Source: a virus (Duplodnaviria > Caudoviricetes). Taken from it: DNA of 62,503 nt. Positions 1 through 9,997 of the stretch are shown here, piece by piece (positions within the stretch are counted from its first letter, which is position 1; each line of letters begins with the position of its first letter). The stretch covers positions 1 to 62,503 of IMG/VR virus record IMGVR_UViG_3300047157_000129; one strand, given 5' to 3'. The notes beneath the pieces are model-generated. The model was not told the DNA's origin. It searched no databases and worked only from the letters and a program-made list of their open reading frames with translations. The position numbers and the translations under genes are program-made.

Positions 1-127
1 GACTTGCAAATAAGGAGTTTTTTGCGTTTGTCACACATACGAACGTAAACATGACAGTTCTGCACACTAAAACAAGCGCATTACTCGAAGCACCCATTCC
101 CCCTTTTTGGTTTCGCTTTATACTTAC
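1..127. repeat. 127-bp direct terminal repeat (left copy); circular-assembly overlap
   Basis: Identical to 62377-62503; 127 is a common maximal assembler k-mer size. Confidence 0.95.
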
Positions 128-170
128 GTCCCCCTCCTGATTTTTTTCTCAAAATAGCGTTAGGTGACCT

Positions 171-1721
171 ATGCAAGGCTACATTTCGTCAGATTCACTT
201 CCGATTAGTCCTGTGGGTCCACGTGGTCCGACGAACGTACCTATTGAGCGAGTTGATCCTGAGAAGTACATATCTGAGTATTTGGAGTTTCATCCTGAGT
301 ATGAGAGTCTTGACGAGGCATTTACTGATGCGACGGAGCGTTATTACCGTGAGTATGCGACTTTAGCGGGTTATGACGACTTGCCTGATGAGTTATCGCC
401 TCAGGCTATGGCGTATTTGCGTAAGAATGCTGAGAATTGGTCTCCTGCGTGGGATGATGAGGTACGTCGTCAGTCTGCGATCGCTTTGTACGATCAGGAG
501 TTTGAGGATGACAACCCCCGAACGGCTGGAGCTGACAGTGATTTGATGAGTGTTGAGTCGGCTATACGTCCGCGCCGTCACAATGGGAATGAGTTATTAC
601 CTCCGGAGGCTGTGTATTTATTGGAGTTAGAGAATGAGATGGAGTTAGTGCGTCGTCTTCACAAGGCGCAGACAGGCGAGCGACCTTTGAATTGGAGTGA
701 CATATCGATCATGCAGAAGATGATGTCACCGGAGTGGGAGAACGAGCGTCGTTTTACCCGTGATGGAGCGATGAATCACTTTGAGACTCCAGCGACAGCG
801 GCAGAGGAGCGAGGTGAAATGCCTCAAACGATCTTAGGGAATCATCAGGGCGCGAATTACTTTCGGTTTCAGGATATGCCGAGCATGAACAACATTATGA
901 TGTCTGGTCGTGGTCCTATGGGTGGCATGTTCTCTCGTTTGCAGAATACGTTTGATGATGCCACTGGCCACACAGCTTTGGCGATGACTCAGAGTGGTCA
1001 TGACATAAATAACATTCGTGGTTTAATTCAGACGAAGAATGATGAGTATGTACATGGCGATGGTCAATATGAGTTACCTACGGCGAATGCGCCGAGTTCT
1101 GGTGTGATAGACGCGGGTCGGCAGGGTAAGCGGGAGATAGATAATGCGGGTAAGGTGATGTACAATCAGGGTCAGTTAATTTCTAACCCATTTTTTCGGA
1201 TGTTGGAGGATGCTGGAGTTCCTAATGCTCAGCAATATAATTCTCCGGGTGTGGCTGCTGCCTATGAGGGTGCCAACGAGTTCTTTGGTGATATTACGTT
1301 TCCCGTGACGGCAGCGGCGGGCCTTCAGGCTTTAGGTGATGCGAAGGCAGCTTGGAAGGTTCCTTTGAAGACACCTACGGTAATGGAGCATGTTTTAAAG
1401 CCTCAGGCTGTGGATGTTGGTGTTGATGCTGGCATTAACGCGCCGATGATTGGTGCAGCGGCTATGGGGGAGGGTGATTTACGTGAGGTTCCGGGTGGTG
1501 TTGAGGCTATGGAGGGTAAGGCGTTAGTTGACCGTGAGTCTTTCCGTGAGACGAATCCTCGCCAGACTCCGATTAGTTTTATTCGGGAGGTAGTGCGCGA
1601 GCGGAATCCGATCATGCAGAAGATGCAGCTAACCAACCCTCATTTACGGGAAGACGCTGCTAATGAGGCTGCGCGTCGTGACAAGCTTCATCAAGAGCGC
1701 CTTCAGGGTCAGTACCGTTAA
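171..1721 (+). CDS. hypothetical protein, possibly virion-associated
   Basis: 516-aa ORF with AGGTG upstream; no recognisable motif. Confidence 0.7.
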   Translation: MQGYISSDSLPISPVGPRGPTNVPIERVDPEKYISEYLEFHPEYESLDEAFTDATERYYREYATLAGYDDLPDELSPQAMAYLRKNAENWSPAWDDEVRRQSAIALYDQEFEDDNPRTAGADSDLMSVESAIRPRRHNGNELLPPEAVYLLELENEMELVRRLHKAQTGERPLNWSDISIMQKMMSPEWENERRFTRDGAMNHFETPATAAEERGEMPQTILGNHQGANYFRFQDMPSMNNIMMSGRGPMGGMFSRLQNTFDDATGHTALAMTQSGHDINNIRGLIQTKNDEYVHGDGQYELPTANAPSSGVIDAGRQGKREIDNAGKVMYNQGQLISNPFFRMLEDAGVPNAQQYNSPGVAAAYEGANEFFGDITFPVTAAAGLQALGDAKAAWKVPLKTPTVMEHVLKPQAVDVGVDAGINAPMIGAAAMGEGDLREVPGGVEAMEGKALVDRESFRETNPRQTPISFIREVVRERNPIMQKMQLTNPHLREDAANEAARRDKLHQERLQGQYR

Positions 1722-1749
1722 AAAAAACGGACTTTTCACCCTTAGCGGC

Positions 1750-1767
1750 ACTGAACATGTGTATACT
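1750..1767 (+). promoter_or_regulatory. putative promoter motif ACTGAAC-N3-TGTATACT (copy 1)
   Basis: Intergenic, upstream of the scaffold gene; same motif at 4691-4708. Confidence 0.5.
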
Positions 1768-1797
1768 TCTGGCAACTCGCTTTTATAAGGAGGAGCC

Positions 1798-2896
1798 ATG
1801 AGCGAAGAACTGTTACCCCAAGACTCTACCCCTGCTGTTGAATCTACCCCTGTTGAGAGCAGTGCGTCACCTGAGACTGTAGAGCAGACGAGTACCGAGA
1901 ATGTTGAAGCAGCACCCACGCCATCTGTTTGGGACTCTTTCAAAGGACTGCCTGACTTCGAAGGTCAGGACGAGCGTAGCATTGCTCAAAATCTTTATGA
2001 GTCGTTTGAGCGTGAAAAGGCTGCAAGGCATTCTCTTGAACAGTATCAGCAGCTTATTCCGTATGCTCAAGAGTACATGGAGCACAAGGATGCGTTTGAG
2101 AGCTGGCGTAATGGTCAGGCTCAACCGCAGCAACCTCAACAGCCTGCGCGACAAGCTCCTCAAAAGGAAGAGCGAGCCCCGTGGTTGGGGCCAGAAGTTA
2201 AGCCTGAGCACAAGCGTTACCTTGTCAAGGACGAGAATGGGCGAGATGCGATTGCTGAGAATGCTCCGTTGGATGCGAGGTATTCGCTAGAGAATTACTT
2301 ACAGCATCGAGCAGACTTTGCTCAGAACTTCTAAACAATCCAGAAGAGGCGTTGGGTCCGATGATCCAGCAGCAGGCTCAGCAGATTGCTCAGCAGATGA
2401 TTGAGCAGGAGCTTGGTAATCGTGACGAGCAGTCAATATGTTCAGACATTAGAGCAAGAAAACGCAGATTGGCTGTATGAGAGCAGACGGCAAGACTCCG
2501 ACTCAAGAAGGTTTGGCTGTTCAGCAGTACATTCAGCAAGCTGCCGAATGGGCATCGAACAGGTGCCGAGCAGCGTTGGCAATACGCCACAGCAATGGTT
2601 GAAAGAGACCTGTTAAACAGGGTTCGCCAAAACGAAGCTCAGCAGCTCAAAGTCCCAGCAGTTTTCCCAGCAATTACCGCCTCAACAAGCAGCAGCTCCA
2701 GCACCGCAACAGCCCCAGCAGGTACCTCCCGTTGCACAAAATTCCGCTGAAAAGGACATAGAGTTCTTAAGAAGGGAAGCTTCTCGTAACCCGAGTCGCG
2801 GGGCTGGTCAACCGAATCAAGGTTCATCCGATGGGGGTGGACAATCGTTTGAGGCAGAGGTTGAAGTCACAACTTCAAAGAGACAACTTAATTTGA
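1798..2896 (+). CDS. capsid scaffolding protein (broken by several frameshifts in this assembly)
   Basis: Strong RBS AAGGAGG; acidic N-terminus, Gln-rich helical body; sits directly before the major capsid gene; one protein can be read across ~7 single-base indels to TGA at 2894-2896. Confidence 0.7.
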
Positions 2897-2909
2897 AAAG
2901 GACAGACTA

Positions 2910-4031
2910 ATGGCGTCAAGCACTGATTGGGCAAGGACGATTGGTACGACCTTAGTCCTTCATTTGAAGGAAGAAGAGCTAGCTACTTTTCGTAAGTACA
3001 AGGTCTTTGCACTTCTTGAAGGCAGCGGTCGTGTCGCAATGAATCAGGGAGGTCGTGGCTTCGACTGGGAAGTCAGATACCGTAATCAACCTGTGACCTC
3101 GAACACAGGTGAGTCAGCGAGAGTATTCGCTCGGCACAACCTATGGCAGCGAGCCAACCTTCCATATCGTGGTTACAGCGTGACCGATATGGTAACAAAA
3201 CGGGAGATGCTCGAAAATCGTGGAGTTTCCCAGCTCATCGACGTAGCCGGTAAAATGGCAAGTCGTTTCAAGAGTCTATGCAAGAGCAGCTTGGCCAAGA
3301 GATTTACGTTGACGGGAATCTTCCCGGTAACGAAAACCGATGGCATGGTCTTGAGTCTATCTTCGGTGTAAACGGTTCCGTTAACATTGACGACTGGGGC
3401 TCACGAGACAACTGCACGAGCAGAAGATCCATTCCTCTGGCCAGATGACATCTATGCTGGTCTTAGCACAGAGCTTGGTGCTCTTGGTGGTGCACAGCGA
3501 GAAGCTGGCTCATGGCCATATGTACCAGTGATCCAGAGTATGATTACTACTCTCCACTGGTAGTTAACTACAACTCTAGCTTCTTCGGTGGCGCAACAAC
3601 GTCATGGAAGGATCAGTGCATCGAAGCCATCCGCGAGGGTGTCCAACACGCCAAGCGAAACGACACGAAGGAATCACAGATTGATCTCGTGTTGCTTAAC
3701 AGGAAGCTCTACATTGACTTCCTCAATCGCTTAGACAGTCGTGAGCGAGCAATCGTTACGAAGACTGCAGGTCTCGAAGCTATGGCTTCGGCGATGTAGT
3801 CGAAATGGACGGCATCGAAGTTTCGACCGAGTACGCCATTCCATCCGACACAGGGTACGCCTGTCCATCGGAAACATGGAAATGAAGTGCATGGAAGGCC
3901 AGTTGATGACTGGCGAAGGTCCTTACTACAACGAAGAGCTTCAAGCGCATCGTTACGCTGTAAGCGTACTTGCCAACTTGAAGTTCAAGAGTCCACGTAA
4001 CTTTGTCAAGTTCTCACCACAACCTGCTTAA
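2910..4031 (+). CDS. major capsid protein (frameshifted in this assembly, ~370 aa when rejoined)
   Basis: Fragments 2910-3371, 3512-3799 and 3741-4031 join into a coat-protein-like sequence (GGRGFDWEVRY...YVDGN...GFGDVVEMDGIEV...SPRNF); position between scaffold and cement genes. Confidence 0.8.
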
Positions 4032-4049
4032 GAAGAGGAAAGATAAGCA

Positions 4050-4431
4050 ATGTCAACTTTAACTTCAGATCCGAAGTTTGATCGCGGCAAGACGCTTGGC
4101 ATCAACGTCGCGTATTATGACTCGGTAAATCAACCACAGGACTTGCAGGTTGGTGACGGTCTGTCGGTGATTGGGCAACACTCGGTATTCCGAGATGAGA
4201 ACCCAAGCACTGGAGCACTGTACAGCAATTTGACAGTCGAATGTGTCGCAGTAAAGAATGTCGGTGCCGATGTTCTTCAGTGCGGCGATACAGTTCAGCT
4301 TGATCCAACAGACGCACGACCACTTGGCGACAACTGAAGGTGCTGACGCAACCCTTTACGGGATTGTTGATGAGTACCTCACAGCACCTGTCAAAGTAGG
4401 CGAAGTCTGCTGGGTAGTAGTCGACCTCTGA
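4050..4431 (+). CDS. capsid cement/decoration protein (frameshifted near 4330)
   Basis: Follows the capsid gene; a shifted frame continues as LYGIVDEYLTAPVKVGEVCWVVV, typical of cement proteins. Confidence 0.55.
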
Positions 4432-4449
4432 TGGGGTAGAGGGACAGCG

Positions 4450-4483
4450 GGGGTCAGCAGGTCTTGCACTTGCTGGCCCCTTT
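4450..4483 (+). terminator. hairpin/terminator after the capsid operon
   Basis: GGGGTCAGCAGG...CTTGCTGGCCCC stem followed by TTT. Confidence 0.55.
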
Positions 4484-4492
4484 GCCTATAAT
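4464..4492 (+). promoter_or_regulatory. sigma70-type promoter TTGCAC-N17-TATAAT
   Basis: Near-consensus boxes with 17-bp spacer upstream of the small ORF at 4522. Confidence 0.65.
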
Positions 4493-4521
4493 GTTCGCGT
4501 TTCTACCCACAGGAGGTGATT

Positions 4522-4686
4522 ATGGATATGCCAGAAGAGCGAGAGCAGACGGACGACGAGGTACGTGAATCCCTGAATAAGCTAAGCGCCTTGCTTCACG
4601 AGCAGGGTGTTATAGGCACTGGGCCTGATAGTTTGACGGAGGAATATCGCCAAAAACGAAAAATTTGGGCATCTCAGTGGAACTAA
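4522..4686 (+). CDS. small hypothetical protein (54 aa, MDMPEERE...WASQWN)
   Basis: Not in the ORF track; AGGAGGT RBS, own promoter and downstream terminator. Confidence 0.7.
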   Translation: MDMPEEREQTDDEVRESLNKLSALLHEQGVIGTGPDSLTEEYRQKRKIWASQWN

Positions 4687-4690
4687 CCTA

Positions 4691-4708
4691 ACTGAACGCA
4701 TGTATACT
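4691..4708 (+). promoter_or_regulatory. putative promoter motif ACTGAAC-N3-TGTATACT (copy 2)
   Basis: Matches 1750-1767; upstream of the terminase genes. Confidence 0.5.
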
Positions 4709-4742
4709 GGGGGTAAGGTATTGTTCCTTACCCCCTTTTTTT
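4709..4742 (+). terminator. intrinsic terminator
   Basis: Perfect 10-bp stem GGGGGTAAGG/CCTTACCCCC followed by T7. Confidence 0.8.
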
Positions 4743-4749
4743 ATGCGCT

Positions 4750-5418
4750 ATGGAAACACAAGTTTGTAGATCGTGCGGTGAAACCCTTCCTCACGAGGAC
4801 TTTGGTTTTACTGATAAAGGCAATGTGAAAGGCACGTGTCAGCCATGTCGGGTCAAGAACGCGGCAATCGCCAAAGAGGTGAAGAAAGCCCAGACGATGG
4901 AAAGTCTGGAGAAGGAGAGCGTATCTACGTTTCTGAAAGCAGCCTCCAAAGGCGGCGAGAATGTCCCCCACATCTCGGAATTACTGGAACGAACAATGAC
5001 ACTCTTTGGCGGGAGTGGTGGTTTCGCTCAGGCTCTGGTGAAACAATTCTTCGATGCGACTCCGGGCAGTGCAGCTCGGACCCGAATCTTGGAGACGCTG
5101 ACAAAGCTAACAGTCCAGACGTCGGAGATGGGCGCCAGTAAGAAGCCGTTGGAGTTGTGGTCAGATGACGAACTTGAAGGTGAATTAGACAAGCGTCTGA
5201 AGACAATGGCAGCCACATGGAGGGTTATAGATGCCAAGCCAGAACAGCCAGAACTTCTCGGGGTTGAGTCAACTCCAGAACCCGAAGAGTACGACACAAT
5301 CCCAGAGGGATCAGCTTTTAGAGATACAGGCGGAAATATCCCAGAGGTCGATCGAAGCGGTGAAGATGTACACACCGAGTTCGATTCAGGAGGAGATGCA
5401 CAAGAGCACGGCGAGTGA
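4750..5418 (+). CDS. putative terminase small subunit with N-terminal Zn finger
   Basis: CxxC...CxxC N-terminus; WSDDELEGEL-type helix; overlaps the start of TerL. Confidence 0.55.
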   Translation: METQVCRSCGETLPHEDFGFTDKGNVKGTCQPCRVKNAAIAKEVKKAQTMESLEKESVSTFLKAASKGGENVPHISELLERTMTLFGGSGGFAQALVKQFFDATPGSAARTRILETLTKLTVQTSEMGASKKPLELWSDDELEGELDKRLKTMAATWRVIDAKPEQPELLGVESTPEPEEYDTIPEGSAFRDTGGNIPEVDRSGEDVHTEFDSGGDAQEHGE

Positions 5419-6916
5419 AGTGCTCGTAATTGGCGGTAATAGATCTGGTAAGTCACTGTCGACATTCATGGAGGATGCGCGTGCGGCAACAGGCCAAGAC
5501 CCCTACAAGAAGTACCCTGAAGAAAACGGGAATCTGTGCATTATTGGCAGGGACTGGAAACACATTGGTATGGTCGTGTATCCAATGTTGTTTAAGGCTG
5601 GTGCGTTTAAGATCATTAAAGATCTTGATACTGACCAATGGCGCAGCTACAACCCATCGCTCGATGGCGATCGCTCAGACGATGCCAAGCCAGCGCCTCC
5701 CATGATCCCTCAAAGATTCATTAAAAAGATATCGTGGCTTTTAAAATCATCATCATACATACAGAGCTGTGAGTTACATAATGGATGGACAATATACTTT
5801 TTCTCTTCGGAGGGCGACCCGCCACAGGGCTTCCAAGCCGATAGAGTCCATATCGATGAAGATATTGCAAACGAACAATGGCTCCCCGAGATGCAGGCGA
5901 GGCTTGCAGACCGCAAGGGCGTGTTGGCATGGAGCGCCATGCCGCATTCAAAGAATGACGCATTACTTGGGTTGTCTGAACGGGCAGACACTGCGGTGGA
6001 AACGGGGGACACGACGCGGGATATTGAGAAGTTCGTCTTACGATTCCTCGACAATCCGCACATCGATGAGGAGGAGAAGCGCAAGAACGTTGAGAGATGG
6101 AGCGCGCTGGGTAATGACGTATTACGGATGCGAAGTGAGGGAGAATTCGTCACCGACTCTATCTTGGTCTTTCCTACCTTCTCAATGAGCGTGCATGGTT
6201 ATGACCGTGCTGCATTACCACAGAATCAAGTCCCCGATGACTGGTGCCGTTATGTTGCGATCGATCCCGGACACAGTACTTGTGCTGCTCTTTTTGGTGC
6301 TGTGCCTCCTGATGGTGATACTCTTTTGATCTATGACGAGATGTACATTAGGCAATGTACGGCTCAGATGTTTGGTGAGATGTTTGCGTACAAAACAGAA
6401 AACCAGCAGTTTCATGCGTTTTTCCTTGACATGCACGGTGGTCGTATCCGTGAGATTGGCAGTGGTCGTCTGCCGGCAGAAATATACGCAGAACAGCTAC
6501 GTCAACGCGACATCTCGAGTAGAATAAGCGGACATTCATTCATAGCAGGAAGTGACGACGTGCAAGGACGCATAGCAGAAACACAACGATATTTGTATGT
6601 TCGTGGCGAGACAGGTACGCCACAGCTTCGTGTCTTGAGAGGTGCGTGTCCAAATCTTGAGCGAGAGTTAAAGCGCTACAAGAAGAAAACGCAATACATC
6701 GCGGGAGCCATGCAAGTCACAGACCAACCAAACACGAAGGGTGATTGTCATGCTGCTCAGTGCATGGAGTATCTATGTGCTGCGCGCCCGCGTTATCACA
6801 CCCCGATAGTAGAAACAGCAGAAGAAGAGCATTGGTTAGTGAAGCATTATCAGCGTTTGCGTAAGGAGCGCAGGCAAGAGACAAAGAACTATATAAACCT
6901 TTCGCCCGGAGGATAA
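5231..6916 (+). CDS. terL: terminase large subunit
   Basis: Walker A GGNRSGKS, Walker B VHIDED, RNase H-like nuclease motif VAIDPG, C-terminal DCHAAQCMEY. Confidence 0.93.
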   Translation: MPSQNSQNFSGLSQLQNPKSTTQSQRDQLLEIQAEISQRSIEAVKMYTPSSIQEEMHKSTASEVLVIGGNRSGKSLSTFMEDARAATGQDPYKKYPEENGNLCIIGRDWKHIGMVVYPMLFKAGAFKIIKDLDTDQWRSYNPSLDGDRSDDAKPAPPMIPQRFIKKISWLLKSSSYIQSCELHNGWTIYFFSSEGDPPQGFQADRVHIDEDIANEQWLPEMQARLADRKGVLAWSAMPHSKNDALLGLSERADTAVETGDTTRDIEKFVLRFLDNPHIDEEEKRKNVERWSALGNDVLRMRSEGEFVTDSILVFPTFSMSVHGYDRAALPQNQVPDDWCRYVAIDPGHSTCAALFGAVPPDGDTLLIYDEMYIRQCTAQMFGEMFAYKTENQQFHAFFLDMHGGRIREIGSGRLPAEIYAEQLRQRDISSRISGHSFIAGSDDVQGRIAETQRYLYVRGETGTPQLRVLRGACPNLERELKRYKKKTQYIAGAMQVTDQPNTKGDCHAAQCMEYLCAARPRYHTPIVETAEEEHWLVKHYQRLRKERRQETKNYINLSPGG

Positions 6917-6918
6917 TC

Positions 6919-7278
6919 ATGAAAGCCCCAGATCTCAGAGTTGGTGACACCGTTGTTTTTTACCCTGATCCGCATACTGAACAGAATCCCATGCTTGGCT
7001 GGGCTTTAACGCCTATCCGCACAAACGACGCTGCTAATTTACTGGTTTACACCCCTGAAGCTGGCTTTGTAGAGAAGGTAGCGGTTCGCTGGCGGTATTC
7101 GGAGGACATTGAAAAACGCATGTCTGTTCGCGCAATGGGCGGCTGGGATCTAAGTCCTGTCATGAAAGACATGGAGAAAATCAGAGATATCAAGTTAAAC
7201 AGCATGGTGGCGTCCGAAAAAAGGGCTGTAAAGGACAAGAAGACTGTAAGGAAACCCGCAACAGCAAAGGCTAACTAA
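6919..7278 (+). CDS. hypothetical protein
   Basis: GGAGG RBS; tightly coupled between TerL and portal. Confidence 0.75.
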   Translation: MKAPDLRVGDTVVFYPDPHTEQNPMLGWALTPIRTNDAANLLVYTPEAGFVEKVAVRWRYSEDIEKRMSVRAMGGWDLSPVMKDMEKIRDIKLNSMVASEKRAVKDKKTVRKPATAKAN

Positions 7279-9401
7279 TGGTCCAAGTTCAAACTGGCAT
7301 ACCGCTTGCTCCTACAAGTCAAGTACCAAAGTCCGCCGACAGTCCTGATGAAGTGCTGAAGTATCTCACTCGAGGCTGGCTTGACAAGATTTCAAAGGCA
7401 TACCGTCACAAGAAGTCATTTAACGATGACGCTTGGGAGGCCCGTAACTTCTTTGATGGGGATCAGAATTGGTTCTGGAAAGAGCAGTATGCTCGCAGTG
7501 AATATGGCTATAACCGCGCGATGTCTCCGCCGGGATTTCGCATGCAGATCAACAAAGTGTTTGAAGCAGTTAAGTTGTTTGGCTCTGTTATTTATCACCG
7601 GAATCCAGTGCGAACAGTAACGCCTCAACCACTGCCTATTGTTCCACCTGAAGCTGTCGGGATCAACATGAGTGACCCGATGATGGCGCAACAGTACGAA
7701 CAACTTGTAAACGTTGTCAGTGCTAAAGCTGGCGTGCGTGATATTGTTGCTGACTTGATGGGGCGTGTGTTAAATTACACACCAAATGAGTTTGATTTAA
7801 AAACGCACAGTCGTCGTGCAGTAGACGAAGGCATCATAACAGGGATGGGTCTGTGGTGGACCGAACTGATGACGATGCCAAATGGTCGGCGGTTTGTCGG
7901 TTCGTTTGCCGACAGCGTTGACAATTTTCTGATGGACCCTGATGTAACAGAAATCGAAGATATTCGCTGGTGTGCGAGAAGGTGCATTCACCCTATCCAT
8001 GAGGTAGCAGAAAAGTATGATATTCCCGAAGCTGCTCTTAGGGGCAACGTAGACAAGCAAGGGGCTCAAAATGCACGTTCGCAAGAGCAAGTTGTTTTCG
8101 GTGACTATGACGGGACCGGCAAACGCACGAGTGGTCCAACTGGAAAGACAAACGATTTATGTGTGTATTGGAAGATATATTCCAAAACCGGAATGGGCGA
8201 TCGACTTAAGGATGCGCCGAAGGATATAAAGGGTGTCTTTGATGGTATTGGCGAGAACTGTTACCTTGTTGTAGCGGAGGGTGTTGATTACCCGTTAAAC
8301 ATCAAGACTGCCATGCTTGGTGAGGAAGTAAATCCAGAGAGTGGTGTTCCTGATTCTTTATTTACTGCAGTGCAGTGGCCTATTCCGTTTTGGGCTGATG
8401 GCGCCAACGGCTGGCCTTTTACTGCGTTTCAACCACATCGCAAGCCGGGATACATCTGGCCGATTAGTCACATCAAGCCGGCAGTGCCAGAGCTACGATT
8501 CTTATGCTGGGCGTATTCGTTCATGGCACAAAGAGTAGCTACATCCTGCGAAACACTATTAGGTGTTAGCAAGGCCGCCGATCAAGACATCAAAGATCAG
8601 ATCCTGTCGCAGTCAGAAGGTGGGTTCAAGATTGTAGAAGTCAGCGAGATGTTGGGGCGCAGTGTCAACGACATCATCAGCGTCTTTCAGCTACCCAACG
8701 TAACTGGTGAAATCTGGCAGGTTATACAAGCTGTGACTGACTTGGCGGACAAGCGGCTAGGTATGACTGAGTTGGTCTACGGCATGACAGACAAGCAGAT
8801 CCGGTCAGCTACAGAAGCATCTGTAAAGGTTGATCAGATTAGCATTCGTCCAGACGACATGGCTGAGTGCCTAGAGAACTCAATGACATGCCTCTCAAGG
8901 AAAGAAGCCATAGCTACTCGTTGGCTTTTAACTGGAGAAGACCTTGAGCCTATTATTGGTCCTATGGGCGCAGCGGCATGGCAGCAGCATGTTATGCAGA
9001 TGAATCCTTTTGAGGTCGCTCGTGAGTTTGATTACACGGTAGAGGCAGGCAGTGCCAAGAAGAAGAACAAGAGCGCACGTATTGAGCAGATGAACGTAGC
9101 GGTTCAGACGCTTGGTCCAGTGCTACAAGGTCTTATACCGTCTGGAATTGTTGAGCCATTTAACTCATTGATGCGTGACTGGGCTGAGTCGATGGACTTG
9201 GATGTAGAGCAGTACTTAATACCTGCGCCACCGCCACCAGATCCAATGGCGCAACAAATGCCACCGGAAGGCGCTCCTCAAGAGCAGCCACCGGCAGAGC
9301 AGGCTCCACCAGCAGAAGAACAACAGATGACAGAAGAGGAAATGATGCAGCAACCTCCACAGCAGGTTCCAGCTGAATTGCAGCCTCCAATGCCAATGTA
9401 G
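7278..9401 (+). CDS. portal protein
   Basis: 707 aa after TerL; RSATEA motif and Pro/Gln-rich C-terminus typical of P22-like portals. Confidence 0.85.
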   Translation: MVQVQTGIPLAPTSQVPKSADSPDEVLKYLTRGWLDKISKAYRHKKSFNDDAWEARNFFDGDQNWFWKEQYARSEYGYNRAMSPPGFRMQINKVFEAVKLFGSVIYHRNPVRTVTPQPLPIVPPEAVGINMSDPMMAQQYEQLVNVVSAKAGVRDIVADLMGRVLNYTPNEFDLKTHSRRAVDEGIITGMGLWWTELMTMPNGRRFVGSFADSVDNFLMDPDVTEIEDIRWCARRCIHPIHEVAEKYDIPEAALRGNVDKQGAQNARSQEQVVFGDYDGTGKRTSGPTGKTNDLCVYWKIYSKTGMGDRLKDAPKDIKGVFDGIGENCYLVVAEGVDYPLNIKTAMLGEEVNPESGVPDSLFTAVQWPIPFWADGANGWPFTAFQPHRKPGYIWPISHIKPAVPELRFLCWAYSFMAQRVATSCETLLGVSKAADQDIKDQILSQSEGGFKIVEVSEMLGRSVNDIISVFQLPNVTGEIWQVIQAVTDLADKRLGMTELVYGMTDKQIRSATEASVKVDQISIRPDDMAECLENSMTCLSRKEAIATRWLLTGEDLEPIIGPMGAAAWQQHVMQMNPFEVAREFDYTVEAGSAKKKNKSARIEQMNVAVQTLGPVLQGLIPSGIVEPFNSLMRDWAESMDLDVEQYLIPAPPPPDPMAQQMPPEGAPQEQPPAEQAPPAEEQQMTEEEMMQQPPQQVPAELQPPMPM

Positions 9402-9428
9402 CCCATTTCTTGCTGATTCTAGACATAA
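9400..9428 (+). promoter_or_regulatory. putative phage-specific promoter AGCCCA-N16-GACATAA (copy 1)
   Basis: Same boxes and spacing at 24765 and 41093; all three lie just upstream of a start codon. Confidence 0.7.
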
Positions 9429-9445
9429 ACCCCATGAGGACTGCC

Positions 9446-9997
9446 ATGAAATTGCCACATGATATTGCTAATGCTCCGGGATGGGTTCAGGCCCATTATG
9501 TATCCATGATCGAAGACGGTCAGGATGAGAAGTTTGCTGAAATGTGCGCTTTAATGCAGCCTCCGGGAACGGGTCAATCGGAACGTGCATTCATGGAAGG
9601 TCGGAACAACGGCGAATGGTTGAATAAGCTACCTCGCCCACAGGCTATGCGCATGTTAAAAGCGGCGCGTGAAGCGGGTGTTGATCCTACAGGGAAGTAC
9701 TATTTTGGCGGAATTGCAGATAAACGTGGAATATTTGACCCGAAAGCATGGGTCTCAGATGCACATGACGTCAAAAGGGTGGCTGAAGAACGCGGTTTAG
9801 ACGTAGATGGCAGCGTAAAGCATCGTTCATCTGGTCGCCCAGCTGACAAGAATCAGGACGTTCCACTCGCAGCAGACATCGTTAAGAGAGAAACAGCGCA
9901 CGAGCTACTCAAAGACCCTAGCCTATCCAAGAAGGAAGCACGTCGCAAAGCAATCGACAACGTAACACCACACTGGAAGAAAAAGAAAAATGGCTGA
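9446..9997 (+). CDS. hypothetical protein
   Basis: ORF 9410-9997; start moved to ATG 9446 behind the GAGGA RBS. Confidence 0.75.
   Translation: MKLPHDIANAPGWVQAHYVSMIEDGQDEKFAEMCALMQPPGTGQSERAFMEGRNNGEWLNKLPRPQAMRMLKAAREAGVDPTGKYYFGGIADKRGIFDPKAWVSDAHDVKRVAEERGLDVDGSVKHRSSGRPADKNQDVPLAADIVKRETAHELLKDPSLSKKEARRKAIDNVTPHWKKKKNG

Noticed and set aside
1-127. Biological terminal repeat
   Set aside because: An exact 127-nt overlap matches a usual assembler k-mer and is best read as a circularisation artefact
2330-4431. Programmed frameshifting, RNA editing or stop-codon recoding in the capsid genes
   Set aside because: Shifts go in both directions at non-slippery sites and are too many for an abundant protein; TAA, TAG and TGA all act as normal stops elsewhere
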